Assembly: GCA_965233585.1 (NCBI GenBank)
Contig: CBDDTI010000480.1
Coordinates: forward strand, 1-14,235
Source: a bacterium
GTDB lineage: Bacteria; SAR324; NAC60-12
Length of the DNA stretch: 14,235 nucleotides
Direction: 5' to 3'
The position numbers and the translations under genes are program-made. The notes under the pieces are model-generated. The model was given only the letters and a program-made list of their open reading frames with translations. It made no database searches and was not told the origin of the DNA. Positions 1 through 11,069 of this stretch are shown piece by piece. Positions within the stretch are counted from its first letter, which is position 1. Each line of letters starts with the position of its first letter.

Positions 1-302
1 ATTTAGTAGTACCGGAAAGTTCTAGAATCTTATGCTGTAGAGTATATAAGAGAATCGGTGTAGTTTTTAGATGGTTTTTCCCAGGAGTGTTGAGAGAATT
101 GTCTCGTTGAGTCAGTAGTGTTTACTGAAGTGTGACGAGGGTCGCGTGTTTTAAAACGTGTCGACAGAGGTCGTGTTTGTTGAACTGTAATAGAGAGGTT
201 ACATGTATTAGGCAGAGGCCGTGTTGATACAAAAGTGACGGAGGTCAAGTGTATTTACAAGCCTAGCGTGAGCTTGTTGAGAAGTCTTGTGTGGAATTAC
301 CA
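1..302 (+). mobile_element. Possible LTR fragment, truncated by the window edge, abutting the transposase relic
   Basis: TTCTAGAA (20-27) and TATATAAG (43-50) are followed by a GT-rich non-coding tract ending ...AATTACCA at 302. This is where - strand transposase similarity (..AKKQL) stops. No second LTR or PBS is visible, so this is inference only. Confidence 0.3.
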
Positions 303-1580
303 GCTGTTTTTTTGCATAATGTGCAAATGTTGCATTGCAGGACTCGTCGAAGGTGCGCTGTTGTTTTTTTTGGTTACATCTGAATGATAAGAGCAAAGTT
401 TAGAATGATTGCATTCACGATTGGGCTCTCTGCGATCTTTGTTCGAGGATTGGGCAAGGACTTCACCAGATCTGCCCTCTGTACCCTCCTCTGAGACTGC
501 CCATTTGAAAAAGAGATGCAGGCCATGGCTGGTTATCATAATATTTGAAAAACTCTTCCAGATTACTATCTCTACTTTGACAAGCTATGTACAACCTTCA
601 AAAAAGTGCACATTCCTCCATCAAAATTTTTACTTCCGCTTTTTCTTTTGAAAGGGTATTTTTTTTTGTTTGTTATTTCTTCAAAGGACCTGTAATAAGT
701 TTGCTTCTCTTAACGAATCCTCCTTAACAAAGTATTTGAATAGCTCCTCTTCCTCTCCAATCTTTGGCACATTCTGCACAGAGTTAGCAACAGCCATATC
801 CATGACATCCTTTGTGTGGATTGAGAGTAACTGAAGACCTTCTTCTCTGAACAGGTTTCGCATTTCTTCAAAAGAAGGAGATAATAAGACTTTTTACACC
901 TTTAGTAAATGCATTCTGGAAGCCCTGTTAACGTTCGTTTTGGTGATGATCCTCAACAGAAGATATGTTGCCTTAAAACTCTTCCACCATTTGAGCTAAT
1001 TCAGGACCCGCAACCATCCATCTTTTCAGAGCTGCAGGGTTTGTCCTACAGCACCCTCTCTCCTTTGACCCCAGCGTTTACAGGTTAGAAGAAAAGCTCT
1101 TCTTTGTCTTGTTAACTACAAATGAGCCATTATATATTTGTGCAAATCTGGATGCTTGCATGGAAGCTCACACATGTCTCGGTGATGTACAGAAAGCCAT
1201 CTGGCGTAGTTGGTATGGTCCAGGGCAAAGAACCATGGTAAAATCTGCTTTAATTGGCCTTGATATACATGGAAAAGTTGGCCTCTCTGAAAGCTCTCAT
1301 GAGCTGAACACAACAGAGTTGCAAATCTAGTATACCAGCCCACACATTTTTAGGGCTGCCATCTCAATATAGAGTCCGCCAAGCATTTTGACATTTATCT
1401 TCATTTTAGATTTAACCCAGTGTCCATTGAGTTTGTTCAGCCAAGGGGATCAGCGGCTGGTCTACAGCAATCGCTGGTATTTGGGAGGGGATTATGCGCT
1501 TGGCAGCAGACTTGAACAATTTCATGAAATGAGCTATCATAGCCAACGAATGAGCATGGGTGAAATGATGGCAGGCTCAT
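300..1580 (-). pseudogene. Degenerate DNA-transposon transposase (Academ-like), with many stops, frameshifts and internal deletions
   Basis: Manual - strand translation across frames gives collinear blocks: AHSLAMIAH..IPAIAVDQPL (DQP 1454-1462), MLGGLYIEMAALK (GGLYIEM 1360-1380), LPWFFALDHTNYARWLSVH (NYARW 1197-1211), NPAALKRWMVAGPELAQMVEEF (core 1001-1042), FEEMRNLF, CQSRDSNLEEFFK..NQPWPASL (~515-582), RTFDESCNATFAHYAKKQL. I recognise these blocks from the large marine-invertebrate transposases usually classed as Academ. The superfamily label is from recall, not from a search. Confidence 0.7.
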
Positions 1581-2177
1581 GACAACGTGGCAAAGAAGAT
1601 TTTGAGGCACAATATTCTGCTCAAGATGCACAGGTTTGTGCAGCTGTAGAGGGGAACTACAACTAGGACTGCCCTTTAGAAACAAATAACACTTACAATA
1701 CATAACAAAGGAAACAGATCAATAAGCAGTCAATTGTTGTTTAAAAGGGTCAATACTGTAGTGATTACTCAATCAGGAGAACTTTTGCAAATATCAAATG
1801 AAGCAAAGTAAGAGAAAAAATAAATGGTTTTAGCAATGGATTGTGTGTTTTTATGCCTAAGGAGAGCATCAGGTTTTCATTGCGAGGACAATGTATTTGT
1901 TGAAAGTTTTTTTTCTTGTCAATTTAATATTCAGTTTCACTGAACTAGAAAATTAGCCCCTTTGACTGTTGTTTTCCTTGTTTCCTATCAGCCTCGTTTT
2001 CATGCAGGATTGTTCAAATACGTATTTAAATCTGCCAAAGTAGACTTTGTAGTTTTTACACTTACTTTGCACTTTTAAAACAAGCAGAAACAAAAGCAAT
2101 GAATAAGCGATCAATATTTGACTCCAAAACACTGAATTCTTTTAGCCAGAAGGTGTAGTCACAGGCATCCCACTCAT

Positions 2178-2445
2178 TAATAATAATAATAACTTTATTT
2201 CTATAGCGGTATATACCAAAGCTCTATATCGCTTTACAATCTAATAAATATCTAACTAACAATAACAATGAAACAAAAAGTCAATTAAAAGCAAGTCTAA
2301 AAAGATAAGTTTTCAATCTGGATTTAAAAACGTCAACTGATCGACTTAATTTAATGTCTAATGGAATATCATTCCAGTGCTTTGGGGCAGCGACCGAAAA
2401 GGCCCTACTCCCATAGCTCTTCAGGCGCACATTCGGTACTTCTAA
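2178..2445 (-). mobile_element. L2-clade LINE 3' end: ORF2 C-terminus, 3' UTR stem-loop and (TTA)n tail
   Basis: The - strand encodes LEVPNVRLKSYGSRAFSVAAPKHWNDIPLDIKLSRSVDVFKSRLKTYLFRLAFN* (stop 2283-2281), a typical L2/CR1-group ORF2 end. It is followed by a stem-loop (2205-2233), AATAAA and (TTA)5 at 2192-2178. Confidence 0.9.
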
Positions 2446-4033
2446 TCCCCGCACTCTTTTCAATACGGTCAATAAGCTCCTTCATAAGGACGTGCCAGCG
2501 GAGTATCCTTCAGGGTGTGCGTCTGATGGTGATCTTGCCAACAAGTTCATTGACTTCTTTGCTGAGAAGATTACAGTTCTGCGAAACTCACTCGACTCCA
2601 CATCTGACATTGTTTTGGAGTCCGATGCCATTGTCCATCAGTGTGCCTTGTCATGTTTCAAGTCTGTAACATTGTCTGATGTTTCGGAATTACTTGGTTC
2701 GACGACTATCAAGTCCTGTCCTCTAGATCCCGTCCCTGCTTCTGTTTTGAAGCAGTGCACATCAGTGCTTTTGCCTGTTATGACTCAAATTGTAAATCAG
2801 TCTTTAAATTTAGCTACTTTTCCAGACTGTTTTAAGCTTGCATTGTTGAATCCTCTTCTCAAAAAGCCCACACTCGACGTTGAAGTTCTTTCGAATTTTC
2901 GTCCTATTTCAAATTTGATGTTCATGTCTAAACTTCTTGAAAAGGTGGTGGCATCTCAGTTGATTTATTACATTTCTAGTAATGGGCTTGATGAAATACT
3001 ACAATCTGCATATAAACAACTTCATAGTACCGAAACAGCTTTAGTCAAAGTTTTTAATGATATTATCCTAGACGTTGATAGGAATAGGACTGTTATCTTA
3101 CTTCTATTAGATCTATCGGCCGCTTTTGATACGGTTGATCACACTATACTGATTGAGAGATTAGCAAATCGCTTCGGTCTTTGCGATCTAGCTCTGGCCT
3201 GGTTTAAATCATACCTGAGCGACAGAACTCATTTTGTGAGCATTCGTGGTGCACGGTCTGTCACGCGTCCGCTGTCGTGCGGGGTACCACAGGGTTCCGT
3301 GCTTGGACCGATTTTATATCTGCTCTATACCTCCCCATTGGGGGATATTGTCAGGCAATACAACATGGGCTATCATTTCTATGCTGATGACACGCAGTTG
3401 TATCTGTCTTTCAATTCTCTCAGTGGGGATGATCAAGCTTATTCTGTTGCTCAGGTTGAATCTTGTGTTAGAGATATCGACCGTTGGATGTCTTGTAACA
3501 AACTTAAGTTGAATAGAGACAAGACGGAACTGCTCGTTATCAGTTCAAAATATCGGCCACGTCCATTTTTAGATAGTGTTCTGGTAGGTGATCATCGTGT
3601 AAAGCGGTCTGACAAAGCTAGGAACATAGGAGTAGTTTTCGATGAGGACTTGTCACTTGATAAGCATGTGAGTTCCGTTTGTAAATCTGCTTTATTTCAT
3701 CTTCGGAATATCGCAAAGATTAGAATGTATCTGACTTCTGAGAGTACAAAGATTCTCGTTCATGCTTATGTCACTTGTCGACTGGATAACTGTAACTCGT
3801 TGCTCCTCGGGTCACCGAAGTATATGATTCAGAAGCTCCAGCGCGTTCAAAACTGCGCTGCACGCCTTGTAGCTGGGCAACCTAGGGCTGCGCACATTCG
3901 CCCCGTCCTTAAAGAGCTACATTGGTTACCTATAGAGCAGCGAATTACCTTTAAAGTATTACTGTTAACTTTTAAAGCTCTTAATAATCTGACGCCTCCG
4001 TATCTAAGTCAACTTATAGTCCCATATAACCCT
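2441..4033 (+). mobile_element. L2-clade LINE ORF2 reverse-transcriptase segment; 5'-truncated (no endonuclease) and inverted relative to its tail
   Basis: Uninterrupted frame from SNPRTLFNTVNKLLHK (2441) to LSQLIVPYNP (4033). It carries the RT motifs NFRPISNL, QSAY..HSTETAL, LLDLSAAFDTVDH, GVPQGSVLGP, HFYADDTQLY (YADD 3380-3391), LKLNRDKTE, and the L2-type RLDNCNSLL and LHWLPI. Confidence 0.93.
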
Positions 4034-4108
4034 TTATCTTCTCAGTTTCCGGCCATAGGGTCACGTGACACCATTTTAAGTTTTACAACAAAGGTTATGA
4101 CCCCTTTA

Positions 4109-4386
<278 letters not shown>

Positions 4387-4544
4387 TATCAACATAAGAA
4401 GGTTAAATGTACAAAGTTAGTTTGAAAAATGGCATTTTAAAGGGTTTTATTTTCAGCCTTGTTTCCATGTTGACGATTTTTAAGGCGTGCGCAGTTCTCA
4501 GCACCAATAGCGAATTTTAACTGGATCCATATCAAAAAATGTTG

Positions 4545-4636
4545 GCCTTAGGGATGGTAGTAATCTGGCAAAGTTTCATGCTTTTATCATCAAAGTGAAC
4601 AATTCAGCATATTTTTGAACGATAACAGCTGGACTA
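4545..4636 (-). mobile_element. Putative 5' terminus (TIR) of the Academ-like element
   Basis: The - strand reads TAGTCCAGCTG...TTGTTCACTTTGATGATAAAAGCATGAAACTTTGCCA from 4636. This TAG-start terminus resembles Academ-type ends as I recall them, and it lies upstream of the - strand transposase relic. The partner TIR is not in the window. Confidence 0.4.
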
Positions 4637-5171
4637 AGGATGAAAGTTGTAGGTCAGAAAGTCAACAATTACTTTGAGATCAATCGTATTTCAACTGTGC
4701 TAAATTAGTAGCCATTTAGTTTTCTCGACAGTTCTGAGTTCTGTTCTGTTCTGAATAAGACTCCAAAGGTTATATTTGAACGAAGCGAATAAACTAAACA
4801 AAAAAACCGCGGCGATGGTTGTCGCAAATTAAATATGCAGAGATCCAGTTTGCAAAAATAAAGTTCACATTTAAAACCTGAAATTCGATCGCTGTGATGT
4901 GGAGAACACGGCTGAAAAAAAAAAACTCTTACCGAAACCGGTCGGCATCACTGCGAAAACATCCCTCCCTTCTAGTAAACAATTCACAGGTTTTTAGTTT
5001 GAAACCTAAGTCAGCATTAATCAAAAGCTCGAGGAACGCTCCTTGAACAAAGTCTACAGACGGTTTGCGTGATGTGAAATACGCTGAAGTTGCACTGGTT
5101 TCTGTAACCTGTCAATTTAAACCAATCGGAGCGCTGCGTTCGTCAGCGAACGCAGGGAATTAAAAAATTAA

Positions 5172-5254
5172 TAGCTCGCGTGCAGGCTCACATTTCCTCG
5201 CCCCATTCTTCTTCGCAGCTTCCCGTCCAAACAAGTGAGCCTACTCGCAGGCTA
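5172..5254. mobile_element. 83-bp MITE with TAG...CTA termini
   Basis: Left end TAGCTCGCGTGCAGGCTCAC vs reverse complement of right end TAGCCTGCGAGTAGGCTCAC: 16/20 match. Confidence 0.65.
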
Positions 5255-5346
5255 TTGCGGTTCAGGATCATTTGGGGTCCAGTTTTGGGATCATCGTTCT
5301 GGGGATCATTTGCGCTCGCATCGGGGATCATTTGCGGCGCTGTACA
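5255..5346. repeat. Short interspersed repeat fragment built of GGATCAT(TT) units, ending GCTGTACA
   Basis: Four GGATCAT copies at ~15-23 bp spacing; looks like the subterminal repeat array of a non-autonomous DNA element. Confidence 0.55.
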
Positions 5347-6130
5347 GTTGTCAGTATTTTTGTCAGTTAACCTCCAGTACAGTACGTGCAGTAATGGTAC
5401 AGAATAATATTCAAGAGAGGTGAGTACAATGTCCGGCGCTTTATGGTACACTTAATCATCAGGAAAGATCTTGATTTTTCACCAAACTACTTTATTATTA
5501 TATTGAATTGCAAACATTCCTTTCTACAATAAGACTCAAGCTTGCATTGACATAAACTTGCAAACTTATACTTTGCACTTGCTACAGTCCTTGATCTGAA
5601 ACTAATCGTTTGCCTTGTCCTTTAAGAAGAGACGAACTCAGCTATTGAACGATGCATTGTTGTGTCTACAATCAATATTATCGTGAAGCAGGAATCTTAT
5701 TTGTTTGCTTGCATCACGCACCAAATAATATGATATGATAACGCACCAAATTGGACGACACGGTACAACGTTCTGTTGTCAATTTATCTTAATGAGAATT
5801 CCCGGTGAGAACAGTTTGAAGAATCAAATACTCCCGGTCATTTAAACGTTTTGGTGAATAAATCACAAGAGTTTAATGCTTTTAGATCCGGTACAGTTCT
5901 TGGGTAAATATTGCACCTATGGCATTTTAACTGACTGCTAGCTGATGAAGGATTTATCCAATTCTGACAAGTGTGCAAGAAAGAGGGAATAGCAGCTCGA
6001 TGCTGACTGTAGCCATTATCCAAATGAGAATTTCTAATCATGTTTGTTGGTGAAATTTCAATAATAAGGGGTTAAACAGCTACTCGAGGAGTCGAGGGCG
6101 CACTTCGAGATCAAAAACAATGAGTTACAT

Positions 6131-6358
6131 TGCGAAAGGTGAACTGGTCAATATGACATGAGCGTGGGTCAAAGAAAAAGTTTAAGTCCCCGGCAGGAAT
6201 CGAACCTCTGATCTCTCGAACATATCCGCTGAGCTACTAGAACTCGTGGAGAGCAAGGTCTTAACTGCGTTGATCTGTCCTACGCTCGAGTCAAGTTAAT
6301 CAATTCACCTGTCACACTTCATCATCGAGCTCAAAATTTACTATCTTTATTCAGTTAT
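6131..6358 (-). mobile_element. tRNA-like cassette enclosed by inverted repeats and flanked by a 13-bp target-site duplication
   Basis: On the - strand, A-box-like TAGCTCAGCGG (6237-6227) and B-box GGTTCGATTCC (~6206-6196). Imperfect ~40-bp inverted arms at 6132-6170 and 6277-6316. Flanking direct repeat CAATGAGTTACAT (6118-6130) / CAATTAGTTACAT (6359-6371). Confidence 0.65.
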
Positions 6359-6618
6359 CAATTAGTTACATAAGCATAATCACGCGATCTAGACCATACA
6401 CTACGAGCAGGTATTCTTTCGTCTACATCGTCTCACGCCGAAATCATGTGTTTCAAAGCGGTTTTCAGCAAAAAAGTCAGCATTATTAGTCGAATTCTTT
6501 CCCTGGTTTGTAGTCTTCTTGAATGTCATTTAAGTCAATGTTGCTCGTACTTGTTTGTCCGGTTTAGAGTGCCGGCGGGGAAGGGAGGGGGGGGGGGGGG
6601 GAGGAGTGTACTCCCATA

Positions 6619-7010
6619 GAACAGAACAGAACAGAACAGAACAGATATGTTTATTTGGAGTCTTATACAAAGATAGTACAAAAATACAAATAGCAAGTTA
6701 TTTTAATTAATTGATGATTTCTTAAATTACATCAATCAAATAGTTAATTAAATTAAATTAATTAAATTAAATTAATTGAGGTAATTAAATTAAATTAATT
6801 AAGTAAATACTCAAGGACTTTAAAGTCATTGAGTATTTACTTTGCCGTCTTCCCCTTTCCTTTTTTCGAAGCATTCAAATATATGTTTTGCTATCAGTTT
6901 TTGTATTCTAACATTTCCGCTAGGGGGATTTATTAGAAACATGAATATTCTGTTCGGTGACATTCTGCTTATTTTTATTCTATATTCGTTTTCCAAATAA
7001 TCTAGTATAA
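6619..7010 (-). mobile_element. 5'-truncated non-LTR retrotransposon 3' end (clade uncertain, RTEX-like C-terminus) with (GTTCT)n tail
   Basis: The - strand encodes ILDYLENEYRIKISRMSPNRIFMFLINPPSGNVRIQKLIAKHIFECFEKRK...* (stop 6828-6826), then an AT-rich UTR, AATAAA and a (GTTCT)5 tail. Direct repeat CCCATA at 6613-6618 and 7011-7016 is a TSD. Confidence 0.75.
6801..6842. repeat. 42-bp near-perfect palindrome
   Basis: AAGTAAATACTCAAGGACTTTAAAGTCATTGAGTATTTACTT equals its reverse complement except for one mismatched pair. It is preceded by an (AATTA)n-like tract at ~6744-6800. Confidence 0.9.
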
Positions 7011-7702
7011 CCCATATCATTGTATTGGCTATATGGGTATGTGCGGCGGGATAGGGTTTGTTCGCCTCTGTACGCATCGTAATCTCGGTATGATCCATAG
7101 CTGGATCCGCTAAAATTCCAGGACGTAAATGCTGAGCTCTAAATGAAACAGACGCACGCCAGGCGTGCAAGAGTTATTTTTTTGCGCAAATTCAAAGCCC
7201 CTGGAGGTAAGAACATTCAGTGCACTCTTAATCGAGTTATGATAAGGTAATTGTTTAGTTATGATGTACTGAACTGGTTTCACGGCTCAAGCCTAATCTT
7301 ATCAAAGTGCGATTTTAACAATTCGTTCAGTAGTTTTGTTTAGTAGAACTTTAATGGAATTGTCTTCAGCAAGACAGCTAACCGTCATCCAGTCTGTAAT
7401 AGCAGCAAATGGAAAACGGCAGATTGCTGTTGATTCTGGGTAGTTTTTCTGGAGTTGTTCTACCAACTGACCTCGTTCCCAGGGTCACTCATCTTACCGC
7501 CCCAGGGTCTTATTCTGTTGCCAGCATTAATTGATTGTACTTTCTTCGTTTTTAATATTCCACAAGACAATTTCATTAAAAACTATTTAAACGAGAAGAC
7601 ATTATTCTGAAGGTAACAACGTTACTTAAATTGCGACTAGAATCAGCCAGAAAGTTGAGACTCAGTGAAAACTGTTCCGCTATCATTCACAGAATGAATA
7701 TC

Positions 7703-8049
7703 ATGGCAAAGGTCATCCTGATGCTACTCTTGCTGCTTATGGTAGAAAGATCTTCAACTTCACCTGTTAAGGTAAACAAAACCAAAATCCTCATCCTTGG
7801 CGCTGGACTCTCAGGCGTCACGGCAGCAAAAACACTACTGGACAAAAACATCAATGATTTTCTGATTATTGAAGGAAAGAATTACACTGGAGGCAGAATA
7901 CATGCTGTGCCATTTGCGGGTTTGAATATCGAGGCAGGAGCGAACTGGATTCATTTCACAGATGATGAGGCCACAGCATCGCTTGTGAAGCTGAAGGACG
8001 CGAAAAAGATGAATGGTATTCGGTGTAATTACTCCGACTTTGTCGTAAG
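7703..8049 (+). CDS. Polyamine oxidase-like flavin amine oxidase, coding exon 1 (alternative in-frame ATG at 7694)
   Basis: Signal-peptide-like MAKVILMLLLLLMVERSSTS, FAD-binding ILILGAGLSG, GGRI and EAGANWIH. Donor AG|GTAATT at 8049/8050 (phase 2). Confidence 0.92.
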
Positions 8050-8221
8050 GTAATTAGATAGGTCTACGCTCTGTAAGAGTTACTAATGAGAGTGTCTTAC
8101 AGACTATCTCACGGGAGGCGGTGCTTACTGTATCTCAAGAAAACGGAGCGGGCAACTAAAAAGTAATACAGACTAACATCTAAAGCTTAGGTCTAAAACT
8201 CCAATCAAGTTGCAACATTTA

Positions 8222-8682
8222 CGGGGGGGGGGGGGGGGGGGAGGTACTCCCTTATATGAGCTATATAGATATGTGCGGCCCCAAAGGGTATGGTTTTCGG
8301 CTGTTCTGGTCTTAAATAGGGTATCCATTTAAGCTGATTTCGGCCAATTTGGTCATAAGTAGGGTATGGTTTTGCACTCTAACCTTGATGTGGGTATATA
8401 TTTAAGAAGAAGCCACTTCATCATTATCGAAAAGAAAATCAACAACTGCCCTTCTCAAATTATGTTTACGGTAATTTAACATTGGTCTGAACTAGGGAAC
8501 TTATTATAACGCTAGTCAGAAACAGGGTTTTGATTTTAGGGTCAGGTCACTAATAGGGATTCGAATTTTTGGTCAGGTCATAAATAGGGTAGGGAATATC
8601 GCAGATCTTGGTCATAAATAGGGTAAGGGTTTTGGGAAGTGGGCCGCACACCCCCACCCAATTTTTCAGGGAGTACCCGCCG
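8222..8682. mobile_element. Complete MITE in intron 1 with internal GGTCATAAATAGGGT-type repeats
   Basis: Termini CGG(G)n..GGTACTCCC and GGGAGTACCCGCCG, with about seven variants of GGTCATAAATAGGG inside. Flanks TGCAACATTT (8211-8220) / TGCAGCATTT (8683-8692) resemble a ~10-11 bp TSD. Confidence 0.75.
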
Positions 8683-8801
8683 TGCAGCATTTCAGTATGT
8701 TACTTCAATTTGTCATAAGAGTTGAATACAAATGTTTGGCCCGTTCTTTCGCCAGTGATTTTAATCACCGATGACTGGGTGGAGGGAGAGTAAAATCACG
8801 G

Positions 8802-9033
8802 TAGACTGTTCACAACCTCTCTCTTTACGCACGCGGAAGAAAAAGCGAGCGAAGCCGTGCGCGAGGTACGCGAGGGTGGGGTAGGGTATGCGAGTGAAGC
8901 GAGTAGGAAGAATACCTCGGTCCCCACTCCCTACCTAGTAAAGTCTTCTTAGTGCTCTGGCGTCCAGTTCTCTCCGGACGTTCAACAATCGAATGAAAAT
9001 GCGAGCTGAAAATAGAGAGCTGTGAGCATTTTA
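8802..9033. mobile_element. Degenerate MITE in intron 1
   Basis: Left TAGACTGTTCACAACCTCTCT vs right AGAGAGCTGTGAGCATTTTA (imperfect TIR); internal inverted GGGTGGGGTAGGG / CCCCACTCCCTACC. Confidence 0.5.
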
Positions 9034-9229
9034 TGTTTAAAACTGCAACAGACATAGAGAATCGAATTCTTGTGACAAAGTTGAGGATGGGATAATTCTT
9101 GGCTTTTCGAAGTTAGCCAGACACCCTACACTGTTGCTTGACTTACATTCTAGTGCATTTCCAAAAGTTTTCACCGATTATATGCGTCATGACCAACAGT
9201 TATTACAATGATAGATGATTATGTAATAT

Positions 9230-9785
9230 TAACACTATTTAGAAAACAGCCCCAAGAAAAGACGCGGGCTGATTGGTTAAAAACCGAGTTTCCATAACTC
9301 GATAGAAACACAGAACTAGCACGAGCTGTTGACGTAATGATGACGTCAGCAAAGAGAATTTACATGTTGATGATCAAGTAAAGAAGCTGAGCTGTTTCCT
9401 TTTTTCTTCGTCCCGGTGATTCTCCGTGTCTCTATTAAGTTGTGGAAACACTCGTGAAAGTTTGGGAGAACTCGAAAAAGCTGTGGAACTCACCTACGGC
9501 TCGTGTTCCCAAAGCATTTCTCGATCTCCCAAACTTCCCCTCGTGTTAGATTATAAGCTCGAGATTTCTAGTCGTTCAAAACTTTATCCAAATCCACTTC
9601 ACAGAGACTTTAAAAACGCCAAGTAGTGGCCGACATTTTGTTAACTATCGCGCACTGCTACGCTACTAACTATCACTGATGAGATAGTGAGTAGTGTAGC
9701 CAATCAGAGAACGGCATTCGTGTGAGAACGCCAGAAGATTTACACTAAAACTCGATAGAAACATGGTATTTTTATAATTGAACTT
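9230..9785. repeat. Interspersed repeat fragments with a ~100-bp imperfect hairpin
   Basis: Hairpin at 9447-9547 (AACACTCGTGAAAGTTTGGGAGA...TCTCCCAAACTTCCCTCGTGTT). AACTCGATAGAAACA recurs at ~9296 and ~9749; CTGATTGG and CCAATCAG motifs are present. Confidence 0.5.
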
Positions 9786-9802
9786 ATGTATGATTCTCAC
9801 AG

Positions 9803-10599
9803 GGACGAACAAGGCAAAGATATAACCGATTTTGCAGTTCTCAAAGACTTCCATGACAAAGTGGAAACTAAAGTTGAAGACTACCAGGAAGAAAGGAAAG
9901 AACAGAAATTGCCAGATATTCCAGCCCGTGTCGGTGTGCAGTTGATGGGATGGAAATCTAAACGACCCATTGAAAAAGTTATCGAATATTTCAACATGGA
10001 TTTCGAGTACTCGAAGCGCCCAGAACTGGTGTCTTTTTACCAGCTTTTTGAACGTGGAGAGGATTTCTTTGTCACCGACCAGCGTGGGGTTTGGTCCATA
10101 TATGAAGGTCTCTACAAACCTTTGACTAACCGAATTTTATTGAGTAAAACTGTGACAGAAATCAAGTATTCAGCCACCTCAGTTGAAGTTACCACATCCG
10201 ATGGCGACAAATTTGCCGCAGAATATGCTCTGTGCACATACAGTACTGGGGTGCTGGCCAGTGACATAGTGACTTTTAACCCACCCCTCCCACAATGGAA
10301 AAAGGAAGTGATCTTTAAAAACCCAATGTCGGTATACACGAAAATTTTCCTGAAATTTCCAAGCAAGTTCTGGGACGATCACGAATATATCCTGTACGCC
10401 TCTAAAGAGCGCGGTCGTTTTCCCGTTTTCCAAGACTTGGAACGACGAGGTATTTTACCAAATGGCAGCAACATTTTATTGATCACTGTGACGGAGGACG
10501 AAGGGAGAAGGATTGAACGACAAACATACAATGAAACGAAGACAGAGGTAATGAAAATGCTGAGAACGATTTACGGGCAGGGCATCCCTGATGCAACAG
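9803..10599 (+). CDS. Polyamine oxidase-like, coding exon 2
   Basis: Acceptor TTCTCACAG|G at 9802/9803 restores the AGG codon in frame. Motifs MDFEY, FFVTDQRG, CTYSTGVL, FNPPLPQWK and YTKIFLKFPSKFW. Donor AG|GTAAGG at 10599/10600 (phase 1). Confidence 0.95.
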
Positions 10600-10640
10600 G
10601 TAAGGATAAATAGCTCACCGACAGCTTAATTGACATTGAT

Positions 10641-11068
<428 letters not shown>

Positions 11069-11069
11069 T

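Larger units (their letters stand above)
6572..7050. mobile_element. Left-end fragment of a poly-G/GTACTCCC MITE, split by a LINE insertion
   Basis: Removing 6619-7016 rejoins G-run-GTACTCCCATA...GCTATATGGGTATGTGCGGC...AGGGT, which matches the left end of the complete copy at 8222-8682. Confidence 0.55.

Noticed and set aside
1437..1703. Cys-rich 88-aa ORF as a small metal-binding protein
   Set aside because: It overlaps the transposase relic in another frame, and the Cys spacing does not form a coherent domain.
4640..5170. Possible promoter (CCAAT at ~5122, CpG-richer tract)
   Set aside because: No linked transcript start or ORF can be supported from sequence alone.
5935..6000. CTGATGA as a hammerhead ribozyme core (also at 9676)
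   Set aside because: Stem II is not followed directly by GAAA, and no stem III or cleavage triplet can be built.
6185..6240. Functional tRNA gene
   Set aside because: A and B boxes are present, but the anticodon/D region is shortened and no full cloverleaf forms; it lies inside a repeat.
7631..7702. TTG-initiated N-terminal extension of PAO exon 1
   Set aside because: Eukaryotic gene: ATG 7703 (ATCATGG context) or 7694 directly precedes the signal peptide. TTCACAG at 7686-7692 could be an acceptor for an unseen 5' UTR exon.
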